A stretch of 63,145 bases of DNA, filler included, from Sphacelaria rigidula (lineage: Eukaryota): assembly GCA_964200075.2 (NCBI GenBank). It is 4 parts of 4 records of this genome, joined end to end, with 100 filler letters (N's around TTAATTAATTAA, not from the genome) between each part and the next. Parts side by side here need not be neighbours in the genome. Positions count along the whole stretch, not along the records: positions 47,437 to 63,145 come from CAXNAA020001631.1; 3 more parts are not named here. One strand, 5' to 3'. The notes beneath the pieces are model-generated. The model did no database searches and was not told the origin of the DNA. It saw nothing but the letters and a program-made list of their open reading frames with translations. Position 1 is the first letter of the stretch; every line of letters starts with the position of its first letter. This document shows, in pieces, positions 49,056-62,410 of this stretch. Both the position numbers and the translations under genes were made by a program.

Positions 49056-52000
49056 GGAGGAGACAAGGCGTCACCACGGGGGGATGAGCCTGACAAAGAG
49101 GCTGACGGTGATCGAAATGGGAACGGTAAAGGTGAAGGTGAAGGTACAGATGGCAAAGGGGGCGGGGATGCCTTGGTGGGATCAGGGGGCATGGAAAAAG
49201 AATTCGACGTGACACTGGTATCGCAGGTGAGGGATCGAAGGAATACAAATACTGTAGAAAATTTCGGGTCGTTTTTTTGTGGATTGTGAGTACGGAACCA
49301 ATTTTATGTTTGGAGAGAGGGAAAACAGGTGTATCGTCATCTTTTCTTGTTGACCGTTTCATTTTGTCTGTTTGAAATAAACAACAGGCATGAACGAAAT
49401 AAGTTATATGGCATTTGCGGGTACTGTACTGTACTATTTTCTTGCAATATCCCTGCTACCTCCTTGCCGCATACTTTTGTTTTATCCTCTATTTTTGCCT
49501 TACTTGTTTTTTTGTTTTTGACCTACTTGCGTTTGAAGTTTTGAAATTGTCCCGAACGATTCTGCGCTTCTTGCTGCCAAAAGTAGAGAAGAAGATACGG
49601 GGGAGTCAGGGAAGGGGAAAGGGAAGGGGAATTGTGTCGAATACGGCCGCCTGTCTGGTCGTCGGAATACGCAAAACATGTGATCACGACGGGATACGCG
49701 GCAGGTGTATCTGGAGTTGTCTTCTTTTTCTTCACAGTTGTACCTGAAAATCGAAGAAAAACCTGTCAGTGGCGAGCGATGCAAAGTACCGCGATTGAGC
49801 TTAGCGAGACGAACTGTGATACGAAGTCCAAAGTTTTCAGATGCGAAAGAGGTTACTTGCCCTGCCCTGCCTGCCTGCCCTGTTCGCCGCGTACATGGTC
49901 GGTAGCCCACAACGTACGGTAGGCCGTACGGAAGTCAAAGAGGCAGGTAGAAGCAACTCTGCATTGCTCACGTTGCTGGTTCTCCCCAAGCACTGCTAGT
50001 AAAGTTATCTCAAAACTCGAGGTTCCCGGTGTATTTAACAGCAATTTTTACTGTTGCATGTTCCGGGAACCTCGAGTTTCGAGATATCTCTACCTAGAAT
50101 CGCTTCAGATTCCGTGTCGACGGCGACTTGAGCAACCAGCCGGAAATAATGGTTGGGGAGCACAAGGCCAACATGTATGTATCGCCAACCCTAACCCTCA
50201 CCCTAATCCCAACTATAGCTTCCCATTTTTGTTTCGAAAAAAAATGTCTACGGTTGATTCACATTCACACATGGTTCCTTTTTTTTTAATCGAAAAAGAA
50301 AATTCAAGATGTGCTGTCCTGACTCCTCGTTTTCCTCGCGTCCGGTCGAACTGCGCTTGGAATGTGATCAGTTTCTTACGGAGAGAGAAGAATGGATAAA
50401 TAAGCTGGGTGGGGTTTGATATTATTTAATCGGGCGCGGCCGGGAAATCAAGGGTCATTCTCCGAGTGTTACCCGTGCTGAAAAATGGCGCAGAGAGTCG
50501 AGTTGTGCTCACGTTGTTGATCTTTACCGTTCTCGGGCGTCACCCTTACTTGGCGACGGATGCGGTAATGTTGGCCGTTTTCATGCCTTTGGTTGACCCA
50601 TTTGTATACCCTTTGGGGGGCTGGGGAGGAGGGAGGGGGGCGTACTCATTTGTTGCTTGCCTTGGTCGTTTGACCATTGACAACGCATCCCTTTCGAGGT
50701 GGAGCACCGTTCCTACACCGAATAGAGCCACCTCCAACACTTCGGCGCTCATTACGTTTTTTCCTCACGTACACAAAAAACACTTGTACATATATTATCC
50801 CCGTCCTGTTCCACCGTCTGTGGCCACCATATATCTCCTAGTACAGCCATTGTTTTTATCACGACAGTCTAATGCATCAAACGATTTCATGCCACCTTCG
50901 TTCACGTCCCGCATTTCACCCTCAAGCACGTCCCGTTCCTCCTTGTATAGTTCACATTTTGCCACTTTATGGGGGCGGGAGGTTGAGGGGAAGAGGTATA
51001 CATGGTAAATCGTTTGCACGTGTGAATTTTCGTCAAGTACTGACTGCAACTTCTCGATGAAAAGGATGAAGCAAGACGAGAGGGCATGACGTTTTTTTCC
51101 TTGCCGATTCGGCAAACACATTTTTTTTCAAATTTCTCCTCGTGTTTCATTCCTTGCGTTTTTTCACTCGTTCCTCTTTTGTTTCGCTCTTTCTCTTCAA
51201 TCAGGACTTCGATTCCACCTCATCACACTGGACTGAAGCGAACTGAACCTAGTTTAACTTGACTACCCCGTTCATTTTGCCTCTCGGCGCCTTTTTTTAT
51301 ATTATTATTTTTCACGCATAGCTTCTTGTTCCCGTCGTCGCTCGCCGGTGTGTGCGCGCGCGTGTGTGTTTCGCGACTTGCTTGCTTTCTTTCGACTCTC
51401 TCACAGACGTCGAGTAATCGATTTTGGATGTTGCCATTCTTGTGTCAACGCTGGGGGGGACCGATCTCAATCGCTATTTTGGAGGAAGACCGAGAGGTGA
51501 CGAGTGCGATGTAGTGACGCTAAATCGAAGTACATGATATCATGTATTTTTAAAGGGAATAGTCATTTTGTTCTTCTTGTGTAATTTTCTTTCAACATTT
51601 TTTTTTACTTTCCTGTAAGCGTACGCATGCATCCTTTGCTTTGAATTTCTCTGAATCTCTCCCATGAGTAAACTTGAAAATGAAATATACAGCACTTGAG
51701 GAGCGGCTGTCTCTGTCTCTGTCTCTGTCTCTGTCTCTCTTTATCTTTACACTTGTTTCCTTTATTCACAGTTGTGCAATTTTGTGTTCGTTTCATCCTC
51801 TCATGTCTTCTTTCATATTCTTTGTGTGTGTGTGTGTTTCCCTTTTCAAGTGTACTTCTAGCAAGATCTCTCATTTCATTAGGATACACCTCAACTTCGT
51901 CTGTCTGTCGTGAGTGACCATACCACGGCTGTATTCATGAGCGGATCAATTCAACCAATCAAATCAACCATTAATCACTCAAGCAACCAATCAACCTCCG

Positions 52001-55000
52001 CCTCGACTGCCTCTACGTCCTCTCTTACCTTCTCTCCATGGCTTATTGGATCGGCAGCACTTGCCGGAAAACTTGTGTAGTCATATGTTGATACGCTCCA
52101 CGTGGGCCCAGAGCCCGGATGAATTAGATCCCGCGTGGTATCCTGTGAACCGCCTGAGGAACGTGGCGGTTGCCGGAGTGGATACAACGCACTTCCTGAT
52201 GACGGACATTGACATCTGGCCGGACGCTAAGGCGTACGAGGCGTTGCATATGCGGTACAGGCTCGAGACAGAACGGTCAGTCGGTTGGTGATTTCAGGAA
52301 TGCAAATTTATTGGAATATGCAACGAAGACGAAGCTTCTGCACGGCACGCGTGCATGCTCATTATAATCATCATATCTCTCGCTCGCTCGCTCTCTTCCT
52401 CGTGTGTGACGTTTTCGTCGCTGCCTCTCTATATATTTTTTTCCGGCTCCTTCCTCAACGCGATGGGAAACATCACGGAAAAAAACAAAACAAAATATCA
52501 ACAGGATGGAGGACCCTCACAACGCCATTGTGTTCTCGGCGTTCAGTCGACGACGATTCTGTGATGAGGGCACTTGCTTGGAGGTGCGCGAGGTTGTGTG
52601 TTCCGGGGGGGGAGAGTGTGTGTGGGGGGTACTGATGATCTCGCATGCTGTCGTTTTAAGATCGTAGACCTTGCATTCCTGTAAGGCCGGGACAGAGTAC
52701 GCCGTGTTTTGGCCGGATCAGGCTCGCAGTCACCAAGGGGAAGTGGGGGTGGGGGGGGGTGGGGGGGGTGTACTCATGATCGTGCATGCCATCGTCATAA
52801 GACCGTTGACCTCGCATCCCTTCAAAGCCGGGACGGAGCACGCCGGGTTTTCGCCGGACCAGGCTCGCACTCAATCACCAAGCGCGAGAGTGGGGGGGGG
52901 GGCTACTGCTTGCTTGCTTGCTTGCTGCTGACCTCCGTTCCAACAGTACAAAATAACTATTTCTCGTCACATTTTGGTTCGACACGAGCTTGCTTTCTTC
53001 TCCTTGCTGCTGCTTGCTGCTGCTTGCTGCTGCGGGCGTCTGTTGGTGAAGAGCACAAGTACGCGTGTATTTCCGTCGTCTTTGTTGTGACTTTGGTTTG
53101 GACGCGAGTCTCCTGTTGTTCCTTGACCACCGTCACCATTATACTACACTGAGTGTATTGCTGGGGGAACACTACTAACTGCCTTGTGAGGGCACCTAGT
53201 GTCGTTCTTGGTTATCGTCGAAGCGATGATGCTGTCAAGACATCCGCGTTCCACAGTATATATATATATATATATAGGGTTTCGTCATGTCTGCTTTCAT
53301 GTTTTTGGTGCTCACGTATGTCGCGGTTGGAGCTCACGTACCTCTCTCTTCTCCATCTCGCACAAATGCCGTCACGTCTTTTATCTGTGCTACAGTGTGC
53401 GTGGATCTCCTCCGTTAGTGCGCGCATGTTTTCATTTGTTCTTTTCAGCTCAAGATGCGCGTTGCTGCTGCAACTCAACAGTGCGTTTATTTACGGGTCA
53501 AATTCTTGTTTATTTATCTACTTTTCATGTAAACTCGACACGTGTCGTTTCTACTGTATAACTAAACTGAAACTGTGTGCGTTTTGATGTAAGTCAAAAT
53601 GCTGCTGCACTTTTTTCACAGGCATGTGTTTTTTTTTCTTCAATTTGACAACTCAGAATTTCAGGGCTCTTTACGGCATACATCGCACGTACGTTACACG
53701 TCACAAACGTTACGTTACGAAGGAGTGACGTAACGTGACGTATGTTTTTCGAATACGTCACTACTGTGTCGTGACGTAATGTACCGGTGAAAAAATGTAA
53801 CGTGACGTAACGTACATTTTTCAAGACGTCACAAAAGTGACGTGGCGTGACGTATTTTTTATACGTTACATTGACGTGTTTTGAAACATTTCCTGTAACG
53901 TGTAATGTATTTGATACGTTACACGTCACAATAAACGTCACACGTCACAATAAACGTCACATTATACCTGTGTGACGTCTGAATGAACGTCACAACCGTC
54001 ACACGCTCAACTTGTACCATAAATAGTGAGACTAGCACAATGTGTGATCCTCGCATGATATGATACACGGGTTCAAGAAGAGTGCATACTTCATCATAAT
54101 ACGCGGGCGATGTGAGCGCAAGTTTAGCGCCACGGCAGCACGCATCGCCACACCACACCCAACCATAGAACGTAAAACAAGCGAACATCGAAATCCGAAA
54201 GCACGACTTTCGAATTTCCGAATTTCAAATTTCCAACTTCGATAGCACAGACGGGGGCGGGAGCGACGTATCGTAACGATGAGCGCGGCCCAGGATACCA
54301 TAACGATGAGTCATGATGTGTTTCTACCTTCATGATGTCCGCCCTGCGAACGCGGCTAGATTTGTACCGGACCATCAGTTGATGTGTAATATGTATAGAA
54401 TACAGATTTTCTGCATACACGCCCTGCTGAGTGATCAAGTAATTATAACAATACGGAATCGGATTGCCAAGTGTTGGGTGTCCAACGAAATGCTAACCGA
54501 CTACCAGGTATCACCAACGCATGGTGTGTACACATTTGCGTTTGCATGTGTACATCATGGCCTGCCTGCATCTCGGTATGTCACTATTAATACTTTCTGA
54601 TTATCGAACATCAATAAAGTACTACTCATGCATTTATTTTGAAATTGCAACGTGTGAGTCAGGGACGCATGAGCGATACAGTAGCTGAAACGCGTTCTTA
54701 CATGTCGGAATAGCGATCAGAATGCGGCTCATGCTCGAACAAGGCAGCCACTGTGAACCTCCCGTACCAAGTTACGATACATGAAACGTTTCAACGCTGT
54801 ACGTGGCGTCCATTTGCCCTCAACACTGTCGAAGTGTAACCTTTCATATTACGTTACACGTGCCAAACGTAACGTATAACTTTTTAAGACATCACAAGTG
54901 TGACGTAATGTGATGTACCGGCAAAAAAATGTGACGTGACGTAACGTACACATATTCATACGTCACATTTGTGACGTAACGTGTAACTGTAACGTGTAAC

Positions 55001-58000
55001 GTGAAGAACCCTGAAAATTTTGCCCAAAACTCAAGTCTGTCTTCATATATGTTTGTGTTTTTCACCTTGAATGTGTGTGTGTTTTCACAGTATGCGAAGC
55101 AAGTTCCGCAGACAATAGCGGACCTGAAGCCTTGCCTGGAGAGCAACACGTGTGGCCGCTTCGATGCGGCCAATCAGTCGGGTCAGGGTACGGCGTACGT
55201 CTATTACTGGCGAAGCATGCTCAGGCAGCCGGACAAGCGAAACTTGGAGCACATCCTTTGCTTCAAATCTCACAGGTGCAAGCAAAGCAAAGCAAAGCAA
55301 AACAAGACGGCAACAAAATAAAATAAAATTAAAAAGAACAGAGAAATAGGCATGAGGGGAAGAAAATGGAGTGTGAAAGTATAATGGAGCTATTCGTGGA
55401 GCAAAGTCTAGTGAAATGAAGAGAGCGATTGTATGTATGCATGGGAAACAGTGAACGCCTGTTTTTGTTTGTGGTCTCCGGTCCCCTTCTCTTCTGAGCT
55501 TCGACCGCAGTGCTGCTGCTGGTGAACTGGTGTGATGATGGTACTGGAACTTCAGTAGTAGCGCTGTTGCTAGGTGGCGAGCACTACCGAGTTTCATGGC
55601 GAGAGTGCGTAGCTGTTGCTGAATCACCTGCTTATCGATAACACTCGTCTTGCTTGTGTTATTTTGTCATACTCTTTTTTTCTCTCCCTTGCTGTCTGTG
55701 TGCACAATGTTACATGTAACCGTGTAAAACTTCTTACTGGACGTACGTACAGGTTTGAGCCCTACCTGGTGGTGCGAAAGACGTCCTGGCTGCCCAAGTT
55801 CGACGAGCGCTTTACGGGCTATGGCAAAAATAAGATCCAATGGTGAGTCAAATCTATTGCTTCTCTTTGCGTATTTGATGAACTTTACTTTGCTTCACTT
55901 TTTTTTATGCTACTTTTTCGCATATTTTACTTGACTTTGGCATACGTTACTTTACTTTTTTTTACTTGAGCATCCTTTACTTGAGCATACATTAGCATAC
56001 TTGAGCATAATTTATTTTTATTTCATTTGCCGTTGCCTTCTGCCTTTTTTTTCTTCGTGTCCTCCACCTACACGACAACACGATTCCACCAATCGTCGAA
56101 AACCCGGCGTGCTTCTTCTCGGCTTTGTGGGATGCAACGTCAATGTTCTCATGACTACGGCATGCAAAATCAAGAGTACCCCCCCTCCCCCCGCGCGCGC
56201 CAGTTCCTCAGCCGGTCCTTCTGTATTTAGACTCTCGTGTCATGTTCCAAAGCTTTGTCGTCGATAGTACCAAGATCCTCTGTTGCTGTTGTTGTTGTTG
56301 CCATCATTGTTGTGTTTTTTTTTTTTGTTGCTTCCACTTCTACTAACTTTTCCCTGCGCCCCCTCTGCGTTGCCGATTGTTTTTTTGGTTGTTCAGGATC
56401 AACCATCTACGGTATATGGGTTTTTCGTTCTACGTGATGCCCGTCAATTTTGTGATTCACGCGCCTCACCCGAAGTCTCTTGCGAAGACAGAGTGGGAGA
56501 AGACCGGGGGCAAGCAGGTATATTCGCAGATCATACATAGACCACGGGTTCGAGAAATAGGACTCATGTGCGGAAATGATGACAATAAGTCGTTGGTGGT
56601 GTTGGTGTTGACGTTGGCGTTTTCATCAAACTCTACTTGCAGGGCTTCCCCTTCCTCGGGACGAGTCCCCTAGTCTTGAGGGGTTGACCCGCCTTCTCCT
56701 GGTATTGTACCCGCCTTACATGTTGGTATGGAGGATTTGAGGACTGGATTGTGACGATCAGCACTCCCGCACCACGTGGACTCTCGTCAAATGTTTTTGG
56801 CCTTCTCAATCCGCAACTCTTTCGACGGCGGGAACTAGATTCCGCTGGGAGGAGGCCGCATATGTCGCGGGATCCCAACCCCCATTTTGTCAAAGTTCGG
56901 ACGAATCATGGATTCGGATCACCAAATCTACGATTTACTTGGCCTGATTTTGGTCGAGAAGAGAGGGGGAAAGTTGACCGCGGTCACAAAAGTCTCCACG
57001 CAAGTTCGGCGCCATTCCACGTGCCTGGGGTACGTGACTTGGGTTACCACGCTGAAAACAAAGCCCGAGGATGGATTGATTCGTACGGTATGAATCAACG
57101 ACACTAAAATCAAGTTATTCCCAGACGAACCATTACTCGTCCAGCCCTCGCAATCTCTCACACCGTGAACAATATAAGGTCCATACACGTAATTGAGGAA
57201 AATGTAGTAAATATCAAGTACAGGTTCATTGCAACTATTGTCGGTCGACAGTAGTTGCAGCAGACCGGTACTTTATCCAGTACATTTTTTGTTTAATGTA
57301 CCTGTTGACCAAATGTTCATTATCGAGGGTGTGCAACCTTTCACTCGAAGCGGCCGTTGATAATTGATGTACCGGTTGGATCACCGGGGTGCGGCGCCCC
57401 GAATTGAGATCAACGTAATTCGAGGGGGTGTACGCATGATGTTGCATGCCGTAGTCATATGAACGTTGACCTAGAGGGAGGGAGGATTTTACAAGGTTGC
57501 ATTCTGCTTAGATCAGGGATATTCGGTTGGCGTACTAAACCATGGCGGAATGTGTAACGGACACTCCCGTATGGTTCGGAAGGATATCGAGCCCTGCTTC
57601 GAATCCTCCGGTATGGTTGGTTCGCAAGGGTATTTATATTTAGTACTCCGTATTTGCCGATAAAAAGTGCCTGCTCCTTACTTTTATGATTTACCCGGAT
57701 TTCAGGCGGTATACCTATCCTATACAACACAACCAAGGGTAGGTCGAGTAGAGTACTTGATTGCGGGGTATTTTGAAAGTCGTATATAGAGTACACAAAC
57801 TGGGGGTATAATTCCAGGAATCGCTTTCCATCTATTTTGTGGGTACGACTCGTAACACTCTACCCTAGTTTGAGTACGTCTTTCAAAATACCCCGCAATT
57901 GAGTATACTCCACTCGACCTGCCCTTGAACACAACCTTCGATTTTTCATGAATTGTTCCGAGAATATATTGGACGCCCCCACACACGTGAGCTGTCCTTT

Positions 58001-58231
58001 CTGAATGTGACGCGTTCTTATCGTTTTTTGTTTCTGCATCGTGTGTATTTATTTGTTGCCATGTTCTTCCTTTAATGAAAATCATGTAAACTTTCGACGC
58101 AGGGACAAGGGAACAAGCTTATGGACCTGGCTTTCGAAGAATTCATGGGGGAGCTTAAGGCGGACGTGGGCGAGGGGCAGTTGGCAACACACCTTTGCCA
58201 ATCCAAAGAGGCGAACACCCCAAAACAAAAG
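49056..58231 (+). CDS. Glycosyltransferase family 49 (LARGE/B4GAT1-like), multi-exon, 5' end missing
   Basis: Phase-consistent AG/GT exons: 49056-49226 (...FDVTLVSQ), 51407-51496 (TSSNRFWMLPFLCQRWGGPISIAI), 52058-52275 (YPVNRLRNVA...HFLMTDID), 52505-52583 (DPHNAIVFSAF), 55091-55275, 55753-55842 (FEPYLVV...FDERFTGYGKNKIQW), 56397-56517 (HLRYMGFSFYVMP..FVIHAPH), 58103-58231. Stop either at 58268-58270 by read-through or in a micro-exon at 59388-59396. Confidence 0.9.
53662..55013. mobile_element. Non-autonomous hAT-like DNA transposon in a GT49 intron
   Basis: TIRs cagggctctttacg / cgtgaagaaccctg; dense subterminal gtgacg/gtaacg/cgttac/cgtcac repeats at 53690-53960 and 54850-55000; TSD degenerate (cagaattt / aaaatttt). 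Confidence 0.75.
57734..57927. mobile_element. hAT-type MITE, second copy, intronic
   Basis: TIRs caagggtaggtcgagtag / ccactcgacctgcccttg; perfect 8-bp TSD aacacaac (57726-57733, 57928-57935). Confidence 0.9.
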
Positions 58232-59269
58232 GTGTGTGTGTTGTGGAAACATGAATACAGTGATGCATGAACATATGGGAATAGGCAAACCCAACCGTCG
58301 TTGTCGTCGTTGTTGTAGATATCCTGTCTTCCACGCTATTTTTCATCCACGGTACGGTACAACGTAGCACGGGTTGTCTGCGGCATGAGACATGTCCCCG
58401 GGCATCCGTAGTACGGATTTAACAGAAAACGGGAAGGACGATCTTCATCATACCGGGAACATTGGTGGGAATTGAGTATAGAAATTTGAGCGGCACTGCT
58501 GCAACAACAACAAAAAAACTGCACATCACATATACCTTGCCGGCCGTAGTATACTCAAGAGGAAACGCCACCCTTTTGGACTAGGGGATGCGGGCCCGCT
58601 AGGCCACGCACGTGTCTCGTCCCTTCTACGGGTAGAATTTGTGCTCTGCAATCGCGCATGGTATCTCTGTTGTTGTGATCGTCAACGGCGAAGCTATGGT
58701 AACGGAACACGAAGGGGTACAGGGCGCAGCCGTCCTGCGTGCCATGAGCGTTCCGCGAAGACCAGCGAGGGGTGCGCTAGAGGAAAACGAAACCCCAAGT
58801 TGGCTGCTCAACCATGTTGAACTACTTCACTACTGGGATCGTTTTCTTGCAAAAGAAAATAATCGCGAAGTTGTTCTAGCCCGAGCGTCATGCCATGATC
58901 TCCCTCGTTTACAAGACTGACATCCTCCACGGCACTGTCGGGGGAGTTGCACCATGCCGTGGTCGCTGTGTACTTCATGAACCACCAAACAGAAGGGAAA
59001 CTATTCGCTGTGTTAACCCCTCCCCCCCCCCCCCCCCGCCGCCGCCGCCGCCGCCCTTCACCTTTGGCTGCCCACGGTCGCCCATTTTTCAGAAAAGTTT
59101 CGGCAAGAGTCATAAAAAGCAGAACACATGAACCACGCGCGGTGGTCGAACTGATTGGCGATAGATGATGGCACAGGAGTTTGCTTCATGTGCATGTGGG
59201 AGCCTTCCTGCTTGCTCCTCTCGAGACGAGATACTTTAGGTTCAAATCTCGAGAATCAGATTTGTGTTT

Positions 59270-59293
59270 GGTTCTGGTTCTGGTTCTGGCTGT

Positions 59294-59343
<50 letters not shown>
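59270..59343. repeat. Compound hexanucleotide microsatellite (ggttct)n-(gctcct)n
   Basis: Directly visible. Confidence 0.9.
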
Positions 59344-59344
<1 letters not shown>

Positions 59345-59929
59345 CCTTGTTTTTTTTTCGTTTCGTTTGTTCTTCTTTTTGTCCTAGAATCCTTAGTGGA
59401 ATGTACGAAGTCATGATGATTAGTTGTTGATGTTGTGTACGTGATTTCGGCGTTTTTGCTCTTGAAGTGAGTTTTTACTGTCTCTGTCCATCATGTCGGT
59501 GTGCGACGTGCGTGTTTCCGTGTTTGCTTGGCTGATAAATTGGCTCATAAGTGGGTTGTTTTTAAAAATGCCTATTTGCTGTTGCTGTGTTTTTTTTCAT
59601 ATTTTTTTTCCGTCTTTCCTTGCATGGGAAAACATAATACCGAGATATTTCAGCCACCTTGGATTGAGTAACCCAACCGACTCTTGGGCACGCTGGAGTT
59701 TGGAAAATGACAACGAGAATGCGTCAGACCGCCGAAGACTCGGTGGAGTCGGATAGAACCAACTGCACAAAAAACACCTTTGGCAGAGGACTAAAATCTG
59801 GGTAGCCAGTTCGAGTCGCGGTTGCATAGAGCCAAACGCAAAACGGTTCCTGTTAGTGTTGCGGTTGCGCAGAACCGAGCGAAAACCGGTTCGGCTTCTG
59901 TATGTAACGGCAGCAGGGGGTGGGGGGTG

Positions 59930-60110
59930 TGGGGGGTACTCAAGATCTTGGATGCCGTGGCCATAAGATGATTGGCCTCGCATCCCTACAAAGCCGGGAC
60001 GGAGCACGCCGGGTTTTTATCGGACCAGGCTCGCAATCAAATAACCGAATGCGAAGCACTGTGATGCGTTCGGCGAGTCGCATGATGGGTGAGCTGCGTC
60101 CTGCTAAGAT
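59930..60110 (+). mobile_element. SINE-like family A copy
   Basis: Homologous to 38410-38647, including the extension cggcgagtcgcatga...cctgctaagat. Confidence 0.7.
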
Positions 60111-62315
60111 AATCACTAAGGTTGTGTGCAGCACGGGGGCGGGGGGAGGAGAGGTGCGGAGGGATGCTGAGGAATACTTTTTCTTTTATGCTGGATGCAA
60201 CGTAAAAATAGGGGGAGGTGCAAAGGTATTCACTCGCGGCATCACCGCACAACCGATGGGAGTGTTTGATTTTTTGTTCATCAAGAGCGATATTGTATAT
60301 AGGATCTGTACTGGACAGGGACGTCCCGTTTGATCTGCCTGTGGGTGCGACCTACTTTGCTCCTGTTGCGCACGTATGGTAGTTTTTTTTGTTTTTTGCG
60401 CTAGTTCGTGCCTTGAGCAAGTACGGTGGTTATATCAGGGGCATTTTTTTGTAAAACTTGTGCGTACCCCGCCCGATTTTCAGGGCGCAGCGAGGAAAAT
60501 ACGAGATAGGGGGGGAGGGCAGGAGGAATTACTTTGATCTGGCTTTGTAGTGGGTCAACTTCGCTGGATGGGAACACCTTCCCGCCGCCCCCTCGCCCGG
60601 CATCTCGTCTTCCCCGCTACTACCTGAAATTCGATTTTGACATTTTGGTTTGGTACCACATCACTTAGCTTGTAGAATAAGCTGGGTCAGCCCGACTGTT
60701 CCCCCATTATGTGCGGCTCTACCTGCCATCTTTCTGCTTCTCTGTACTCCTTAGTTTCATGTGCTCTCCGCGTTAGTATCGTATGAATATTACGCTTGCA
60801 TTCAAGAGTAGAGTTGGGTCGTGCCCCCCCTCCCCCAATCATTTCACCATCTTCCCCCGGTGTGTATGTGTGCAGATGCAGTTGGTAGTTCTATTTCGGA
60901 CGTGCCGGTGCGGTATAGAGAGAAGGCGTCTCTTTTTTTCTTCTTTTTTTTTCCCCATCGTAACGCGGTTTCGGGTAGTATGTGACTTCGTGTGTCTTCT
61001 TGTGTGTTCTGTGCGTACCGTGCTTGTGTTCGCTTCGTATGTGTGTTGAGTGTGTGCGCGTTGTGTGCTGGTACTGTGCAGTATCTTGCGTGCTGTGCTG
61101 TGTGTTTGTATTCCCCATTCCTCGTTTCTCGATCATTCGCGTTGTTCGCTCCTCTTCATCATTTTTCTATTTCGTTTGTTTTTCTTCCTGTATGCCTTCA
61201 CAATCGTGTTTGTTGCGTACAAAAATGGGTACGCAGGTGGTATATAACATATACAGCCGCAAAAGATATGTACTTGGGTTTTGTGGTTGTTTCGAGATTG
61301 AGTGGTTGGTCTCGCGTAGGTGCCGAAGCCAGTAGCTTTTTGGAGGAAGATCAAACTATACCTTATAGTCTGTAGAACAAAAAACAACGATGGACGAGAA
61401 ACAAGAGCAACGTCGGTAAAAGCGAGGAACGAGAAATATGAACACGGTGAAGTCGGCAGACTTGACGTAATGAACCCTGACGTCTTTTTGTTTTTCGATA
61501 CTAACAGCAACAGCAGTATGTACAGAGGAGAGGGTGACCCTGATGCCATTCAGAAAATTTGCAGAAAACGTTATAGAGACACGTGCTCGTGTTGTTATAC
61601 AGGCGGTCAGTTTTACTCGCTTTTCTTCGTTTTCCCCGCGCTTTTCGACTGCTTTTTCGCCCAGATGTGGTAGCACTGTGCTCTCACCCAAGACTAATGA
61701 CCGTGGGAGCTGTGTCGGTGCTCTTGTTGTAAAGTTCGAAGTCGTGAGTGAAGTGCGAAGCATGAACAGCCTGGTGAACCTCTAGAGAGATCGAGATCTT
61801 GTCTATAGGGGCCGGGAATATGAAATCCCAAGATCGTCAAAAGCGTGCTCTCCAAAAGTTGCCCTCACACGAAAGAGTTGATATCAGAGGTTCCAACCAC
61901 GGGATTTTACATGGGGGTGGATTATTCATTGGGGATGAGAACCCGGAAAATTAAAGTCTTACTATACACACATCATCCAAACATGGTTCGATTTCTTCAC
62001 CTGGTGGTAGCTATTGACGACTACTACACGCCATACACATTTGGATTTCGATAATCGAAATGTCGGGGTCCTATTCAAATTTTCCATTTGGTTGTTGTCT
62101 CAGGCCATTCCAGGTTCGGCATTGGATTTCTGTAACAGAAAAACAAGCAAAAATTTTCGAGAACATTTCAGAAAACAAGCAGAACTTTGAAAAAATTGCC
62201 CAAAACGTGACCCCATTATATGGAGGACATGGTAGTACACTTAACACAACACACTCCTGCAGTGTTTGCAGTGTTACTTTTCAAAACCTGAACATGCCTA
62301 CAGTGTTGTGCTTTT

Positions 62316-62410
62316 TAGAACCTACTGTACACACAGATACCGCACAGCAGACAGCAGACAACTCATAGAACCTACTGTACATACAGACACCGCACAGCAG
62401 ACAGCAGAAA
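62316..62410. repeat. 50-bp tandem duplication
   Basis: tagaacctactgtaca.acaga.accgcacagcagacagcaga at 62316 and 62366. Confidence 0.85.
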
